DNA from: Pedosphaera sp.
Lineage (GTDB): Bacteria; Verrucomicrobiota; Verrucomicrobiia; Limisphaerales; SIBH01
Direction: 5' to 3'
NCBI GenBank assembly: GCA_031414955.1
Contig: JANOQV010000159.1
Coordinates: forward strand, 24,112 to 88,111
DNA length: 64,000 nucleotides
In this document: positions 9,662-18,748 of the stretch, piece by piece
How the letters are laid out: the number at the start of each line of letters is the position of its first letter
Position numbering within the stretch: position 1 is the first letter of the stretch
Program-made: the position numbers and the translations under genes
The notes under the pieces: model-generated
Database searches by the model: none
What the model was told of the DNA's origin: nothing
What the model saw: the letters and a program-made list of their open reading frames with translations, nothing else

Positions 9662-11224
9662 ATGAGTTACCTCCCCATGGTCGAACGCGAACTGCGCTCC
9701 CGCGCGCGGAAGCGCTCGACCTATTGGGTGCGGGGCGGGGCGGCCTTCCTCGCCACGGCCATCGCCGGGTTTGTACTGATGTTCATGTCTGGCATGGGCG
9801 GAGGGGCTGTCGGCCACGGCGTGATGGAGGTGCTGGCCTGGCTGGCCTTTCCGTTCGTGGTGCTGGAAGGATTGCGCAACACCGCCGACTCGCTCAGCGC
9901 CGAGAAACGCGAGGGCACGCTTGGGCTGCTCTTCCTCACCGACCTGCGCGGCTACGACGTGGTGCTGGGGAAATTCTTCGCCTCTTCGCTCACCAGCTTC
10001 TACGCGCTGCTGGCCATGGTCCCGGCGCTCGCGGTGCCGGTGTTGCTCGGCGGCGTGACGGGCGCGGAGTTCTGGCGGCTCGTGCTCGCGCTGATTAATG
10101 CGCTGTTCTTTTCGCTCACGGCGGGGACGTTGATTTCCGCGATTAGCCGTTCCGAACGGCGCGCCTGGACCGCGACCTTCGCGTTCATCGGGTTGTTCGT
10201 CATCCTCGTTCCCGCCGCAGCCACCGCCACGCAACAGCAATGGCTGATGAACTTCAGCCCGTTCACGTCCTTCATGCTGCACGCCGAGACGGATTACACC
10301 GCCGCCCCCGCGCTTTATTGGCGCGCGCTTTGGATACCGCATGTGATGAGCTGGGTGTGCCTGGCCCTCGCCAGCGTCCTGCTGCCGATTAGCTGGCAGG
10401 AATCAGGCCGGCGATCCGGTCAACGCCGCCACGTCGTCGAACCGGAGCGCGCCCACCGTCGGCGCAACGCCATGCTCGCCGTCAATCCCATCTGGTGGCT
10501 GACCTCGCGCCACACCCATCAGCGCGCCTGGCTCTGGCTGGCCGTGTCTGTGGTTGCGGTGCTGGCGGTCGCTAGTTTCACAGCCTTGCAGGGGAGCGGA
10601 AACAGCCTGTGGGCGCTCTACGGCGGGATGGTGGCTGTGCATCTCTTGCTCGCGGTCTGGGTGGCCTTTGAGGCTTGTGATTCCTTCTCCGAGGCGCGCA
10701 GTACCGGCGCCGTGGAACTGCTGCTCTCCACGCCGCTACCCGTCCGGCAGATTTTGCGCGGGCAGCATCTCGCACTGCGTGAATTGTTCCTTGGCCCAGT
10801 CGTGTTTCTCCTCAGCGTGGAAGTGCTATTGACCGGTGCGCAAATTTTCCTCATGGCGAGCAGCGCCGGACCTTTCATGGAAAGGGCGGCCGTCCTGCTC
10901 TTGCTCGGATTTAGTTTGGTCTGGTTCATCCTGGATCTGCTGGCCGTGGCCGAAGTCGGCATGTGGTACGGCTTGACCTCCCAGAAACCCACCCAAGCCA
11001 TGACCAAGACCATCCTGGTCGTCCTCGTGCTGCCGCTGCTCGGCGCAGCCTGCTGCTATCCCATCCTGCCGGGCTTGATGGTGGCCAAGAGCGTGATCTT
11101 TTACACCTGGGCGCAGAGCAAGCTGGAGAGGGAGTTCCGCCGTGCCGCCACGGAACGCTACGACTTGCCGGGGGCGAGGCGGTGGTTTGGGGGCGGGCCG
11201 AGGAAGCTGAAGATGCCGCAGTGA
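9662..11224 (+). CDS. ABC-2 type permease subunit, paralog 3
   Basis: MSYLPMVERELRSRAR, SAEKREGTLGLLFLTDLRGYDVVLGK, RSTGAVELLLSTPL. Confidence 0.88.
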   Translation: MSYLPMVERELRSRARKRSTYWVRGGAAFLATAIAGFVLMFMSGMGGGAVGHGVMEVLAWLAFPFVVLEGLRNTADSLSAEKREGTLGLLFLTDLRGYDVVLGKFFASSLTSFYALLAMVPALAVPVLLGGVTGAEFWRLVLALINALFFSLTAGTLISAISRSERRAWTATFAFIGLFVILVPAAATATQQQWLMNFSPFTSFMLHAETDYTAAPALYWRALWIPHVMSWVCLALASVLLPISWQESGRRSGQRRHVVEPERAHRRRNAMLAVNPIWWLTSRHTHQRAWLWLAVSVVAVLAVASFTALQGSGNSLWALYGGMVAVHLLLAVWVAFEACDSFSEARSTGAVELLLSTPLPVRQILRGQHLALRELFLGPVVFLLSVEVLLTGAQIFLMASSAGPFMERAAVLLLLGFSLVWFILDLLAVAEVGMWYGLTSQKPTQAMTKTILVVLVLPLLGAACCYPILPGLMVAKSVIFYTWAQSKLEREFRRAATERYDLPGARRWFGGGPRKLKMPQ

Positions 11225-11323
11225 AAACTGCTGGGCTTCAGTGCTTCGCTCAATGCGTTAGCGTCAGGGCGTCGGGCAATGGGTTGAGCTGGCGTGTCAA
11301 TTCCGCAGCTTCTGGTCCCTCTG

Positions 11324-11421
11324 CATTTTTCTGCCATCAAAACTTTCTGCCAGGATTTCCTGTGCCGCACCATCGGCGGCCCCGGATGAGCATGGCAGAA
11401 AGATTTGATGGCAGAAAAATG
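11324..11421. repeat. Palindromic element, TTTCTGCCA family, copy 1
   Basis: CATTTTTCTGCCATCAAAACTTTCTGCCA...TGGCAGAAAGATTTGATGGCAGAAAAATG; related copy at 26296-26373. Confidence 0.75.
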
Positions 11422-11497
11422 GAGGTTGATCTGTCTGTTCGTTGCGATACCCATTCCAGCCACCTTGCGTGAGATTGCGTGAGAACAGCCCGTGTAC

Positions 11498-11527
11498 AAA
11501 AGAAAAGAGCCGGACCAACTCCGGCTC
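11498..11527 (-). terminator. Rho-independent terminator
   Basis: Minus strand GAGCCGGA-GTTGG-TCCGGCTC followed by TTTTCTTTT. Confidence 0.8.
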
Positions 11528-11530
11528 AAT

Positions 11531-11657
11531 GATGACAAGGTCATATACGCCTTCACCGAGGCGCTCAGAAGGGTAGCACGGCCAACTTTTATCGCTGTTC
11601 GAACCGCGCTACGAGCAAGACCTCTCTGCCAACCCTAAACGAACAGCGAAACTCATC
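11531..11657 (-). ncRNA. Candidate structured RNA, unassigned family
   Basis: Perfect 10-bp stem 11592-11601/11640-11649, stem 11548-11563, end pairing GATGA/TCATC, directly followed by a terminator; no ORF of note. Confidence 0.35.
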
Positions 11658-11747
11658 TGGTATAATGGACCGCGCGGGAGCAAATCCGTTCAAAATCACT
11701 TTGAGCAATTTGGACGGCTATAAATCGCGCTGGGCCACCCACCAGAA

Positions 11748-13322
11748 CTAGCTGATCGGCTGGGGATTCCGCCAGGCATGGCCCCGCACCGAGAGCAACT
11801 GATCGGCGGCAATTGGCCCCCAAGTCCCCGCCGCGTAAAACTCCCGCTCGGTCAGCGATTCTTCACCCCAGCCAGCACGAATCGGATCCACGATGCCCCA
11901 AGCCGTCTCCACTTCGTCGCGGCGGATGAACAACGTGGCGTCGCCCTCGATGGCCTCCAGCAGCAACCGCTCATAAGCCTCCGGAGTGTAGGCGCCAAAT
12001 TCCGAGTCGTAGCTGAAGTGCATCCGCACCGGGCGCAGTTGCAGGCTGGTGCCGGGAATCTTGCCGTTGATGCGCAGCGTGATGCCCTCGTTCGGTTGGA
12101 GACGCAGGGTGATGGAATTGGCGTCGAGCTTGGGCCCGCACTGCGCGGCGAAGAGCACGCTGGGCGTGGGCTTGAACTGCACCCGAATCTCGCTCGCGCT
12201 CTGCGCCAGGTATTTTCCCGTGCGCAAATAAAACGGCACGCCCGACCAGCGCCAGTTGTCGATCATGAACTTGGCCGCCACGTAGGTCTCCACGTTCGAG
12301 CCGGGCTTGACCTTGTTTTCCTGGCGATAGGCCGGCACGGGCTTGCCATCCATGTCGCCCTCGGTGTACTGGCCGCGCACCACGTTCGTCGCCACCTGGC
12401 TGGGCTGAAGCGGGCGGATCGAGCGGAGCAACTTCACCTTCTCATCGCGGATGGCTTCCGCCTCCAGCGAGGTCGGCGGCTCCATCGTGGAGAGCGCGAG
12501 CACTTGCAGCAGATGGTTCTGCATCATGTCACGCAGCGCGCCCGCCTCCTCGTAATAACCGCCGCGCGAACCCACCCCGAGCTTCTCGCTCACGGTGATC
12601 TGCACGTTGTCCACGCACTGGCGGTTCCAGAGCTGCTCGAAGATGGAATTGGCGAAGCGGAAAATGAGGATGTTCTGCACCGTCTCCTTGCCGAGATAGT
12701 GGTCGATGCGGAAGATCTGCCGCTCGTGAGCGTGCTGCGTCAGGTCGCCGTTTAACAATCGCGCCGAGGCCAGATCGTGGCCAAAGGGCTTCTCGACTAC
12801 GAGCCGCTGCCAGCCCGAGCTGGCGGGCCGCTCCTTGTGCAGCAAGTTGGCGTTGTTCAGATGCCCGACCACTTCGGCGAACTGGCTGGGCGAGGTGGAG
12901 AGGTAAAACAACTGGTTCTTCCGCAAGCCCTCGTGCTCGAAGCCTTCGATCATCAGCTTCAGCTTCTGGTAAGCCGCCGCGTCGCCGAACTCGCCCTGGC
13001 AATAAAAGACGCTCGCGGCGAACTCGTTCCAGATGGCCGCGTCCACCTGCTTCGTGCGGGAAAATTTCTCCAGCCCCTCCTTCAATTCCGTGCGCCACGC
13101 CTCGTGAGACTTCTCGCGCCGGGCAAAGCCGATGATGCGAAAGGGCGTGGGCAACTGCTGGCTGGCGGCCAGATGATAGAGCGCGGGGATGAGCTTGCGC
13201 GCCGTGAGGTCGCCGCTCGCGCCGAAGATGACGATGGTGCAAGGCTCGGACTTCCGGCGTCCGAAATCCAGCCGGCACGTCAGCAACTCATCCAGCGGAT
13301 CGCCGTTCTCCAAATCTTGCAT
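11748..13322 (-). CDS. zwf: Glucose-6-phosphate 1-dehydrogenase
   Basis: [59 protein letters not shown]. Confidence 0.97.
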   Translation of the reverse strand: MQDLENGDPLDELLTCRLDFGRRKSEPCTIVIFGASGDLTARKLIPALYHLAASQQLPTPFRIIGFARREKSHEAWRTELKEGLEKFSRTKQVDAAIWNEFAASVFYCQGEFGDAAAYQKLKLMIEGFEHEGLRKNQLFYLSTSPSQFAEVVGHLNNANLLHKERPASSGWQRLVVEKPFGHDLASARLLNGDLTQHAHERQIFRIDHYLGKETVQNILIFRFANSIFEQLWNRQCVDNVQITVSEKLGVGSRGGYYEEAGALRDMMQNHLLQVLALSTMEPPTSLEAEAIRDEKVKLLRSIRPLQPSQVATNVVRGQYTEGDMDGKPVPAYRQENKVKPGSNVETYVAAKFMIDNWRWSGVPFYLRTGKYLAQSASEIRVQFKPTPSVLFAAQCGPKLDANSITLRLQPNEGITLRINGKIPGTSLQLRPVRMHFSYDSEFGAYTPEAYERLLLEAIEGDATLFIRRDEVETAWGIVDPIRAGWGEESLTEREFYAAGTWGPIAADQLLSVRGHAWRNPQPIS

Positions 13323-13415
13323 CGGAGAAACATGGCGACTGGGCCGGCGCAATTCAATCATTCTGGGCCGTCGTCTCCCTGAATCACATTCATGGAGTGC
13401 ATGAACCGGCGCGAC

Positions 13416-13441
13416 GTAGCGCCGGCTTTCCAGCCGGCAGG
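13416..13441. repeat. GTAG-type REP-like palindrome
   Basis: GTAGCGCCGGCTTTCCAGCCGGCAGG; inverted copy with one mismatch at 40779-40804. Confidence 0.7.
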
Positions 13442-13492
13442 TGAGGGAGATTTTCCAGTCTCCAGTTCATGGGACCGAGACCACCCCAGCCC

Positions 13493-13876
13493 TCAACTCC
13501 CCACCCTCCACAGTGGCGGCTTCACCGCGCTCCGCTGCAGGAGCAGCCGGGGATTTTGCGACCGGTTGAAGGATTCAAGCACCTGGTCGTAATGCTCCCG
13601 CGCATCCCCGGCCTCCGCCCGCCACAACTCCGCGTAGGCTTTCGCCAGTTCCTGCGGGCTGTTGATCATCAGACCCAGCAGTTCGGCCAGCGGCTGGTTG
13701 CAATCGTTCAGCCAGAACTCCCTGGCCGGCCCGCGCGCGGCGGCGGCGATGGCAAGCGCCGCCGAGCCGCAAAACGGTTCCACCACACGCTGCACTTCCG
13801 TCGGGAACTGTTGCAGGATCACTGCCGCCAGCGCGCGCTTGCTGCCCTGATACTGGAATGGTTGCGGAACAATCAT
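13493..13876 (-). pseudogene. Truncated D12-class (Dam-like) DNA adenine methyltransferase
   Basis: PFQYQGSKR, VEPFCGSAA (motif I), WLNDCN present; ends at 127 aa without the catalytic DPPY motif. Confidence 0.75.
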
Positions 13877-14130
13877 CTTCCTGATTGCCGCCGCGATTTA
13901 GCCGGAACAGTGTCGAACATGCGATGGGATTCTTGCCGCCACCTGGCTCACACGCCGCCGGGAGCCGCGCTCCAGCACGGGCGAAACAGCCTTGGCGTGG
14001 AATGCCCCTCTCCGCATCCGATGGGGAGAGGGATCAAGGGTGAGGTGTCAGGTAGTTTCAAGCTGGCCGCTTCGCGCTTGATGAATGAAAACATCTCCCT
14101 CTTCGGCCAACGGACCAGGGCTGGTCCTTG

Positions 14131-14200
14131 CCTCGCAGCGCGAGGCTTGCCACCTCCGCATCGTCCCATCGTTCGTCAACGGTGGACGGATGCGCCCACC
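14131..14200 (+). repeat. Dispersed ~70-bp repeat, copy 1
   Basis: CCTCGCAGCGCGAGGCTTGCCAC...CGTCAACGGTGGACGGATGC; copies at 16709-16778 (+) and partial inverted at 15138-15169. Confidence 0.8.
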
Positions 14201-14481
14201 CGCAGGTGCAGGAGTGGATGGAGGAGCTGGAGGAATTGCGCAAACACATCCCGAAGGAGGATGGGCCATAAGGTGCGAGTTCGGCTCCCTCTCCGCCCAG
14301 CAGGAGGAGAGGACTGGGGAGAGGAGGCACACATCCAATGCGCGTGAAGGGGGCGGTTCTAACAATCGACCATGGTTCATGGTTGTGCATTGGGGCGGTT
14401 ACCGCTGGTCCCGACGTGATCCCGCCGGGTCTCAGTGAAGAGTTGAAGAACGAAATGGGCATGGCCAGGCGGCCGAGCAAA

Positions 14482-14521
14482 GGTTGAGGGTTGAGGGTTG
14501 AAAGTTGAGGGACGGAACAGT
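14482..14521 (+). repeat. (GGTTGAG)n-GGACGGAACAGT direct repeat, left copy
   Basis: Matches 15004-15036; the pair brackets the 14595-15023 gene. Confidence 0.75.
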
Positions 14522-14594
14522 TCAGCACGAGCCGCAAGAGGTTGAAGAGCGAATTGGGAATGGTCATCTTTCACCGCACGTTTTCAATACTGTC

Positions 14595-15023
14595 ATGAGC
14601 CTGCACCTACGCGTCAAACCACTGAATGAGCAGCAAGAGCTGGTGGTGCGCCTCAAGGACGAGGAGAAGTTGACCCATGATGAAATCGCCCGGCGGTTGG
14701 GAGTTTCAGGGCATCGGGCGCGGCAGCTTTATGCGGAAGCCCGGCAGCGACGGAAGGATTTTGCCCGGCACGGCGAGGAGTCGTTGTTTCTGCTGCCCGG
14801 ACGCGTCCGGCATTTCGTGGAGCTTTACGACTTGGGAAATCGGACGCAAATCCGCGCGGCCATCGAATCGGGCCGGTTGCGCTGGGACTATGATTGGGGC
14901 CGGCTTTTTCTGGGAGAGCTTTCGGTGCGCCACTGCGGTTGGGATACCTGGGTGGTGTTGCATGAATGGGCTGGCCTGCCCGCTCCCAGTCCCGCTGGAA
15001 ATCGGTTGAGGGTTGAGGGTTGA
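14595..15023 (+). CDS. Hypothetical protein with sigma70 region-4-like helix-turn-helix
   Basis: LNEQQELVVRL...LTHDEIARRLGVSGHRARQLYAEA matches the sigma70 R4 HTH pattern. Confidence 0.6.
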   Translation: MSLHLRVKPLNEQQELVVRLKDEEKLTHDEIARRLGVSGHRARQLYAEARQRRKDFARHGEESLFLLPGRVRHFVELYDLGNRTQIRAAIESGRLRWDYDWGRLFLGELSVRHCGWDTWVVLHEWAGLPAPSPAGNRLRVEG

Positions 15024-15036
15024 GGGACGGAACAGT
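15004..15036 (+). repeat. (GGTTGAG)n-GGACGGAACAGT direct repeat, right copy
   Basis: Matches 14482-14521 and supplies the stop codon of the HTH gene. Confidence 0.75.
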
Positions 15037-15560
15037 AGAGCCAATCAGCACATTCAGCGCGACATCTTGAGTCTACACAAGTCAGCCGAGGGCTGGTTTT
15101 AGAGAACATTCCCACCCCTTAAACCTTTGGCTCGATGGGGAGGTGGCCAGCCTCGCGCTGCGAGGCGAGTGGGTTCGGAACGGCGCTCGCAGCGCGAGCA
15201 TTTCCACAAGGTCAACGCATCGGCGCGACTGGTGTAGATACTAAGGAAGCGCTGAATCATTCGACACCGCAGAGACTGGAAGAGCGCAGAGATTTGATTC
15301 TGAAGGCGTTTCTCTGCGGACTCCCAGTCTCGGCGGTGCTTAATCAGCGTTTCCCTAACTCCGAAGTCGAACCTCAGCGAGGCCAGTGGCATGGCCCCGG
15401 CGCGCGAGTTTTCAACACGCAGCATGTGGTCGGGGCGGAGGTCGCAGGAACTATTTCGATCCTCGGCGTGAGCGGCTTGCTGCGGGTTGAAAACCCGCGC
15501 TCCGATGATGGGCGCTCAGGCCCATGACCAACCAGGCTGCTCCTGCCTCGGAGTTCGGTT

Positions 15561-16637
15561 TTAAGGCCGTGGCAGATGGGCCTTGGCCGGTTGGAGCAGA
15601 TACACGGTCTGCTTCGAGCGTTGCCAGGCACGGATGATCTGCTCGCGCGGGAATATCTTTCGCACCCGGTTTTCCCCTTTCGGATTCGGCCACGGATCAT
15701 TCACCACCACTTCGCCGCGCTCCGTGAAACCCGCCACGACAATCAGGTGGCCGTTGTTCTGATCCGCTTCTTTGCCGTTGAGCAAATCGAACGACACCGA
15801 GAGCGCCACCGGAATCCCCGCCACGATCCAATCCTCGACGCGGCGGAAATCATCACAGCGCGCGGCCCAGGCGCGCATCCCGTCGAACCCGCCCGCGTAG
15901 GCCATGTTGAACGCCCAGTTCCCCGTGCCGCCATACGTCACGTCGTGCACCTGCCGCGCCGCTTCCGGCACCGGCACATCGAGTTCCGTGCGGTGCAACT
16001 GGGCCGACCAGTAGCCGAGCAACATCGAGAGCGCGGTCGGGCTGCACCAACCGCTGCCGCCTGGGTGCCCGAGTTGTGAACGCTCCGGCACGGCCAGCAC
16101 TTGGCCCCAAGCGGCGCGGTTCGGCGCCTCGGGGCGGGCGGGAAGGGTTGAGTTCAAGAAGGACAAGGCGAGCAGCTTCAATCGAGGGGTCGCTCCATTC
16201 GTGCTCCGCAGCGTCAGGCGCACCTGCGCCGCGTTCATCAGGCGCCGGACCAGCAACGTGTCCGTGTCCACGGCGGCATCCGCATCTTGCTCGGGGCGGA
16301 CACTCGTCCGCCCGGCCCCCGGCTCGGCCGACCAGTGCGCGAGGGTGTAAAAACGCGTGGCGCGCTCGTGGTCAAAGGCGCGCGCCTCCACGGTCAGCGT
16401 TGTTCCCGGCGGGCCACTCGCGTTCCAGGACACGATCAGTTCGTTCCACGGGAACACTTCCACGCGTGGCGAGAGCAGCACCACTTCCGGGCCGGACGCC
16501 GTGCGGGCAAAGCTCTCGAAGTGATCGAAGGTGTGCAATTGCGTGCGCGCCGGGGTGGGCTTGGGCGTGGCGCAGCTCATCAGGAACAGGCCCGCCAATC
16601 CGGCGAGCGTCAAGGATTTGAAAATGGATCCATGCAC
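15561..16637 (-). CDS. Peptidase C39-like family lipoprotein
   Basis: GTG start, lipobox-like LFLMSC; SQLGHPGGSGWCSPTA (Cys), GHLIVVAG (His), VVVNDP (Asp). Confidence 0.8.
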   Translation of the reverse strand: MHGSIFKSLTLAGLAGLFLMSCATPKPTPARTQLHTFDHFESFARTASGPEVVLLSPRVEVFPWNELIVSWNASGPPGTTLTVEARAFDHERATRFYTLAHWSAEPGAGRTSVRPEQDADAAVDTDTLLVRRLMNAAQVRLTLRSTNGATPRLKLLALSFLNSTLPARPEAPNRAAWGQVLAVPERSQLGHPGGSGWCSPTALSMLLGYWSAQLHRTELDVPVPEAARQVHDVTYGGTGNWAFNMAYAGGFDGMRAWAARCDDFRRVEDWIVAGIPVALSVSFDLLNGKEADQNNGHLIVVAGFTERGEVVVNDPWPNPKGENRVRKIFPREQIIRAWQRSKQTVYLLQPAKAHLPRP

Positions 16638-16708
16638 GGCGGTGGAGCGTAGCCCCGAACACGAGGTTTGGGAACGGGGCAGAATCAAGGGCGCAGGGCA
16701 GGCCCTCG

Positions 16709-16778
16709 CCTCGCAGCGCGAGGCTTGCCACCCCGGCGTCGTCCCGCCGCTCGTCAACGGTGGACGGATGCACCCAGC
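16709..16778 (+). repeat. Dispersed ~70-bp repeat, copy 2
   Basis: Closely matches 14131-14200. Confidence 0.8.
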
Positions 16779-16895
16779 CGCCCCTGCTTCCGGCCGGTCG
16801 CCGTCCACCGCCCGCCCGCGCGCTCGTGGAGAACTGGCGCACAACTTTTTCAACGGCGGCTTTACAGCCTGCGGCACGCTGCCTAATCTGCGCGC

Positions 16896-17564
16896 ATGGC
16901 GACTGGATATGATGCCTCGGAGTTTGTGGATCGCGAGTTTGAAGCCGCGCAGAATTCGTTCCGCGGCACAACCGCCCTGACTGCTATGCCTGACGATGTG
17001 AGCCGCGCCCCGTCGCGCGAGGAAGTGGACACCAAGGTCGGCGACGTCCATGCGAAACTCGCCGAGTTGAAACGCGCCCAGTCCGAACTGGAGCGCGAGC
17101 GCGCTTCGCTCGAGGAAACACGCCGCCGCCAGACCGAGTTCACCACCGGTCGCCAGGAGATGATCCACGGCCTGACCCGCGGCATCGGGCTGATCGAGGA
17201 AGCGGAGTTCGCCGCGCGCCGGGACGCCGAGCAGATGGCGCGCACGCTGGGCGAACTGCGCGAGTCGCTGCACAAGGTGCAGTCCATCAACGACCAGGCC
17301 TGGACCAAGGACGATTTTCAAATCGAGCTGACCCGGGCCAACACGGTCGTTGAAAACGCGCGCCTCGAATGGCATGGCGCGCAGATCAAGTGGCCGCTGC
17401 TCTCGCCGGAGAACTTGAAAAGGGCCGAAGCCAAGGAAGCGCCGAAGGCCACCACCCTGCTCGCCGAACGCAGCTTCCTGGAACTCTGCCGGTTCGGTTT
17501 CGCCCTCACCTGGCCCATCGCGCTCGGGCTGCTCGCCCTGATTGTGATCCAACTGATTCGTTAG
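16896..17564 (+). CDS. Coiled-coil protein with C-terminal membrane anchor
   Basis: E/R/K/L-rich heptads; hydrophobic C-terminus FGFALTWPIALGLLALIVIQLIR; host-like codon use. Confidence 0.75.
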   Translation: MATGYDASEFVDREFEAAQNSFRGTTALTAMPDDVSRAPSREEVDTKVGDVHAKLAELKRAQSELERERASLEETRRRQTEFTTGRQEMIHGLTRGIGLIEEAEFAARRDAEQMARTLGELRESLHKVQSINDQAWTKDDFQIELTRANTVVENARLEWHGAQIKWPLLSPENLKRAEAKEAPKATTLLAERSFLELCRFGFALTWPIALGLLALIVIQLIR

Positions 17565-17573
17565 TTCGCCGCC

Positions 17574-18080
17574 ATGGGATTTTCCCGAAAGAAGCGTGAT
17601 CCCATTACCGAAAAGGCGCAGGCGCTGAACGAGCAGATCGCGTCGCTGGAAGCCCAGATCAAAGAACTGTCCACCGCCACCGAAGCTCCGACGCCGCGTT
17701 TCCGTTCCTCGGCCGTGCCGCGCAATTACGCGGGGCCGATGGAGAAGTCGCACCGTGAACCCCAGCCGAGCGAGCACTTCGAGGAAGTCGATCATACGCC
17801 GCTCCAGTCCGCGGAGCCGAGGGTCAAGAGCGACCACTTCAACGACATGGGGGTGCGCAAATACGATCTGCTCGCGGCCTGGCAGCGTTTCAAGGATCAC
17901 TTCAAGCCGCCGCCGGCTTCGAACCCCAAGCTGGTCAGCTACCTCGCCGCCGGCAGCATTCAGGGTCTGCGCCCGATGCGCTACGAGAAGCGCGTGGCGC
18001 GCAATCGTTTCGTGCTGCTGGTCATGGTGCTGCTCCTGATGCTGTGGGGAATTCTCGCCGTCGTCTTCCGCCACTCGTGA
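17574..18080 (+). CDS. Hypothetical protein with C-terminal TM helix
   Basis: N-terminal coiled coil, LVSYLAAGSIQGLRPMRYEKRVARNRF then a TM segment; 9 nt after the previous gene. Confidence 0.75.
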   Translation: MGFSRKKRDPITEKAQALNEQIASLEAQIKELSTATEAPTPRFRSSAVPRNYAGPMEKSHREPQPSEHFEEVDHTPLQSAEPRVKSDHFNDMGVRKYDLLAAWQRFKDHFKPPPASNPKLVSYLAAGSIQGLRPMRYEKRVARNRFVLLVMVLLLMLWGILAVVFRHS

Positions 18081-18712
18081 GCAATTCATCGGCTCCGCGC
18101 CCGATCCGCGCTCCACTCGTCGCCAAGTCGAAACCTTCTGGTTCCCGGATTGAAATCTGCATTCTCGCCGGCGGACTCAGCACGCGCATGGGCCGGGACA
18201 AAGCCCGGCTGCGACTCCAGGGGCGCACGATGTTGTCCATCGTGCGCGCCGTCGCGGAGGAAACCGGGCATCGCGGGCGCGTCATCCGGCGCGACGTGGT
18301 GCCGCGCTGCGGTCCGCTCGGCGGCATCCTCACCGGATTGCGGAGCACGAAAGCGGACGCGGTGTTGTTCCTGGCCTGCGACATGCCGCTCATCACCGCG
18401 GCGCTGCTGGGCAAAATAATCCGCGCCAGCGGCGCGGCTTCCAAGGCCGTGTTCAGTTCGCAAGCCGGCGGCGTCGGTTTTCCGCTGCTGTTGCCGGGGA
18501 AGGCCATCCAGGCAGTGCAGGCTCAAATCAGCGCCGGGCGCTTCTCCCTTCAGCAATTCGCCGCGATCCTGCGCGCCCGAAAACTTCGGGCCGGCGCCCG
18601 CACCTTGCTCAACGTGAACACGCCCGAAGAAGCGCGGCTCGCTTCCCGCGCGCTTCCTGAACCTTTGCCGCGGGCGAGTGGAGCGGCGCGGCCGATGGGG
18701 CGTCGCGATTGA
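18077..18712 (+). CDS. mobA: Molybdenum cofactor guanylyltransferase
   Basis: ILAGGLSTRMGRDKA, GPLGGI, LACDMP, NVNTPEE; GTGA overlap with the upstream gene. Confidence 0.85.
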   Translation: MSNSSAPRPIRAPLVAKSKPSGSRIEICILAGGLSTRMGRDKARLRLQGRTMLSIVRAVAEETGHRGRVIRRDVVPRCGPLGGILTGLRSTKADAVLFLACDMPLITAALLGKIIRASGAASKAVFSSQAGGVGFPLLLPGKAIQAVQAQISAGRFSLQQFAAILRARKLRAGARTLLNVNTPEEARLASRALPEPLPRASGAARPMGRRD

Positions 18713-18748
18713 ATTTACCTGTTACATTGAAGTCATAAAGCCTGTCTC

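Noticed and set aside
11531..11657. Assignment as pistol or hammerhead ribozyme, 6S RNA or tmRNA
   Set aside because: Loop sizes and core motifs do not fit (no CUGAUGA/GAAA core, no tRNA-like CCA end, not a long rod); left unassigned
16638..18116. N-terminal ~490 aa of the 851-aa minus-strand ORF
   Set aside because: Antisense shadow of two plus-strand genes; only 15561-16637 has peptidase motifs and a lipoprotein signal
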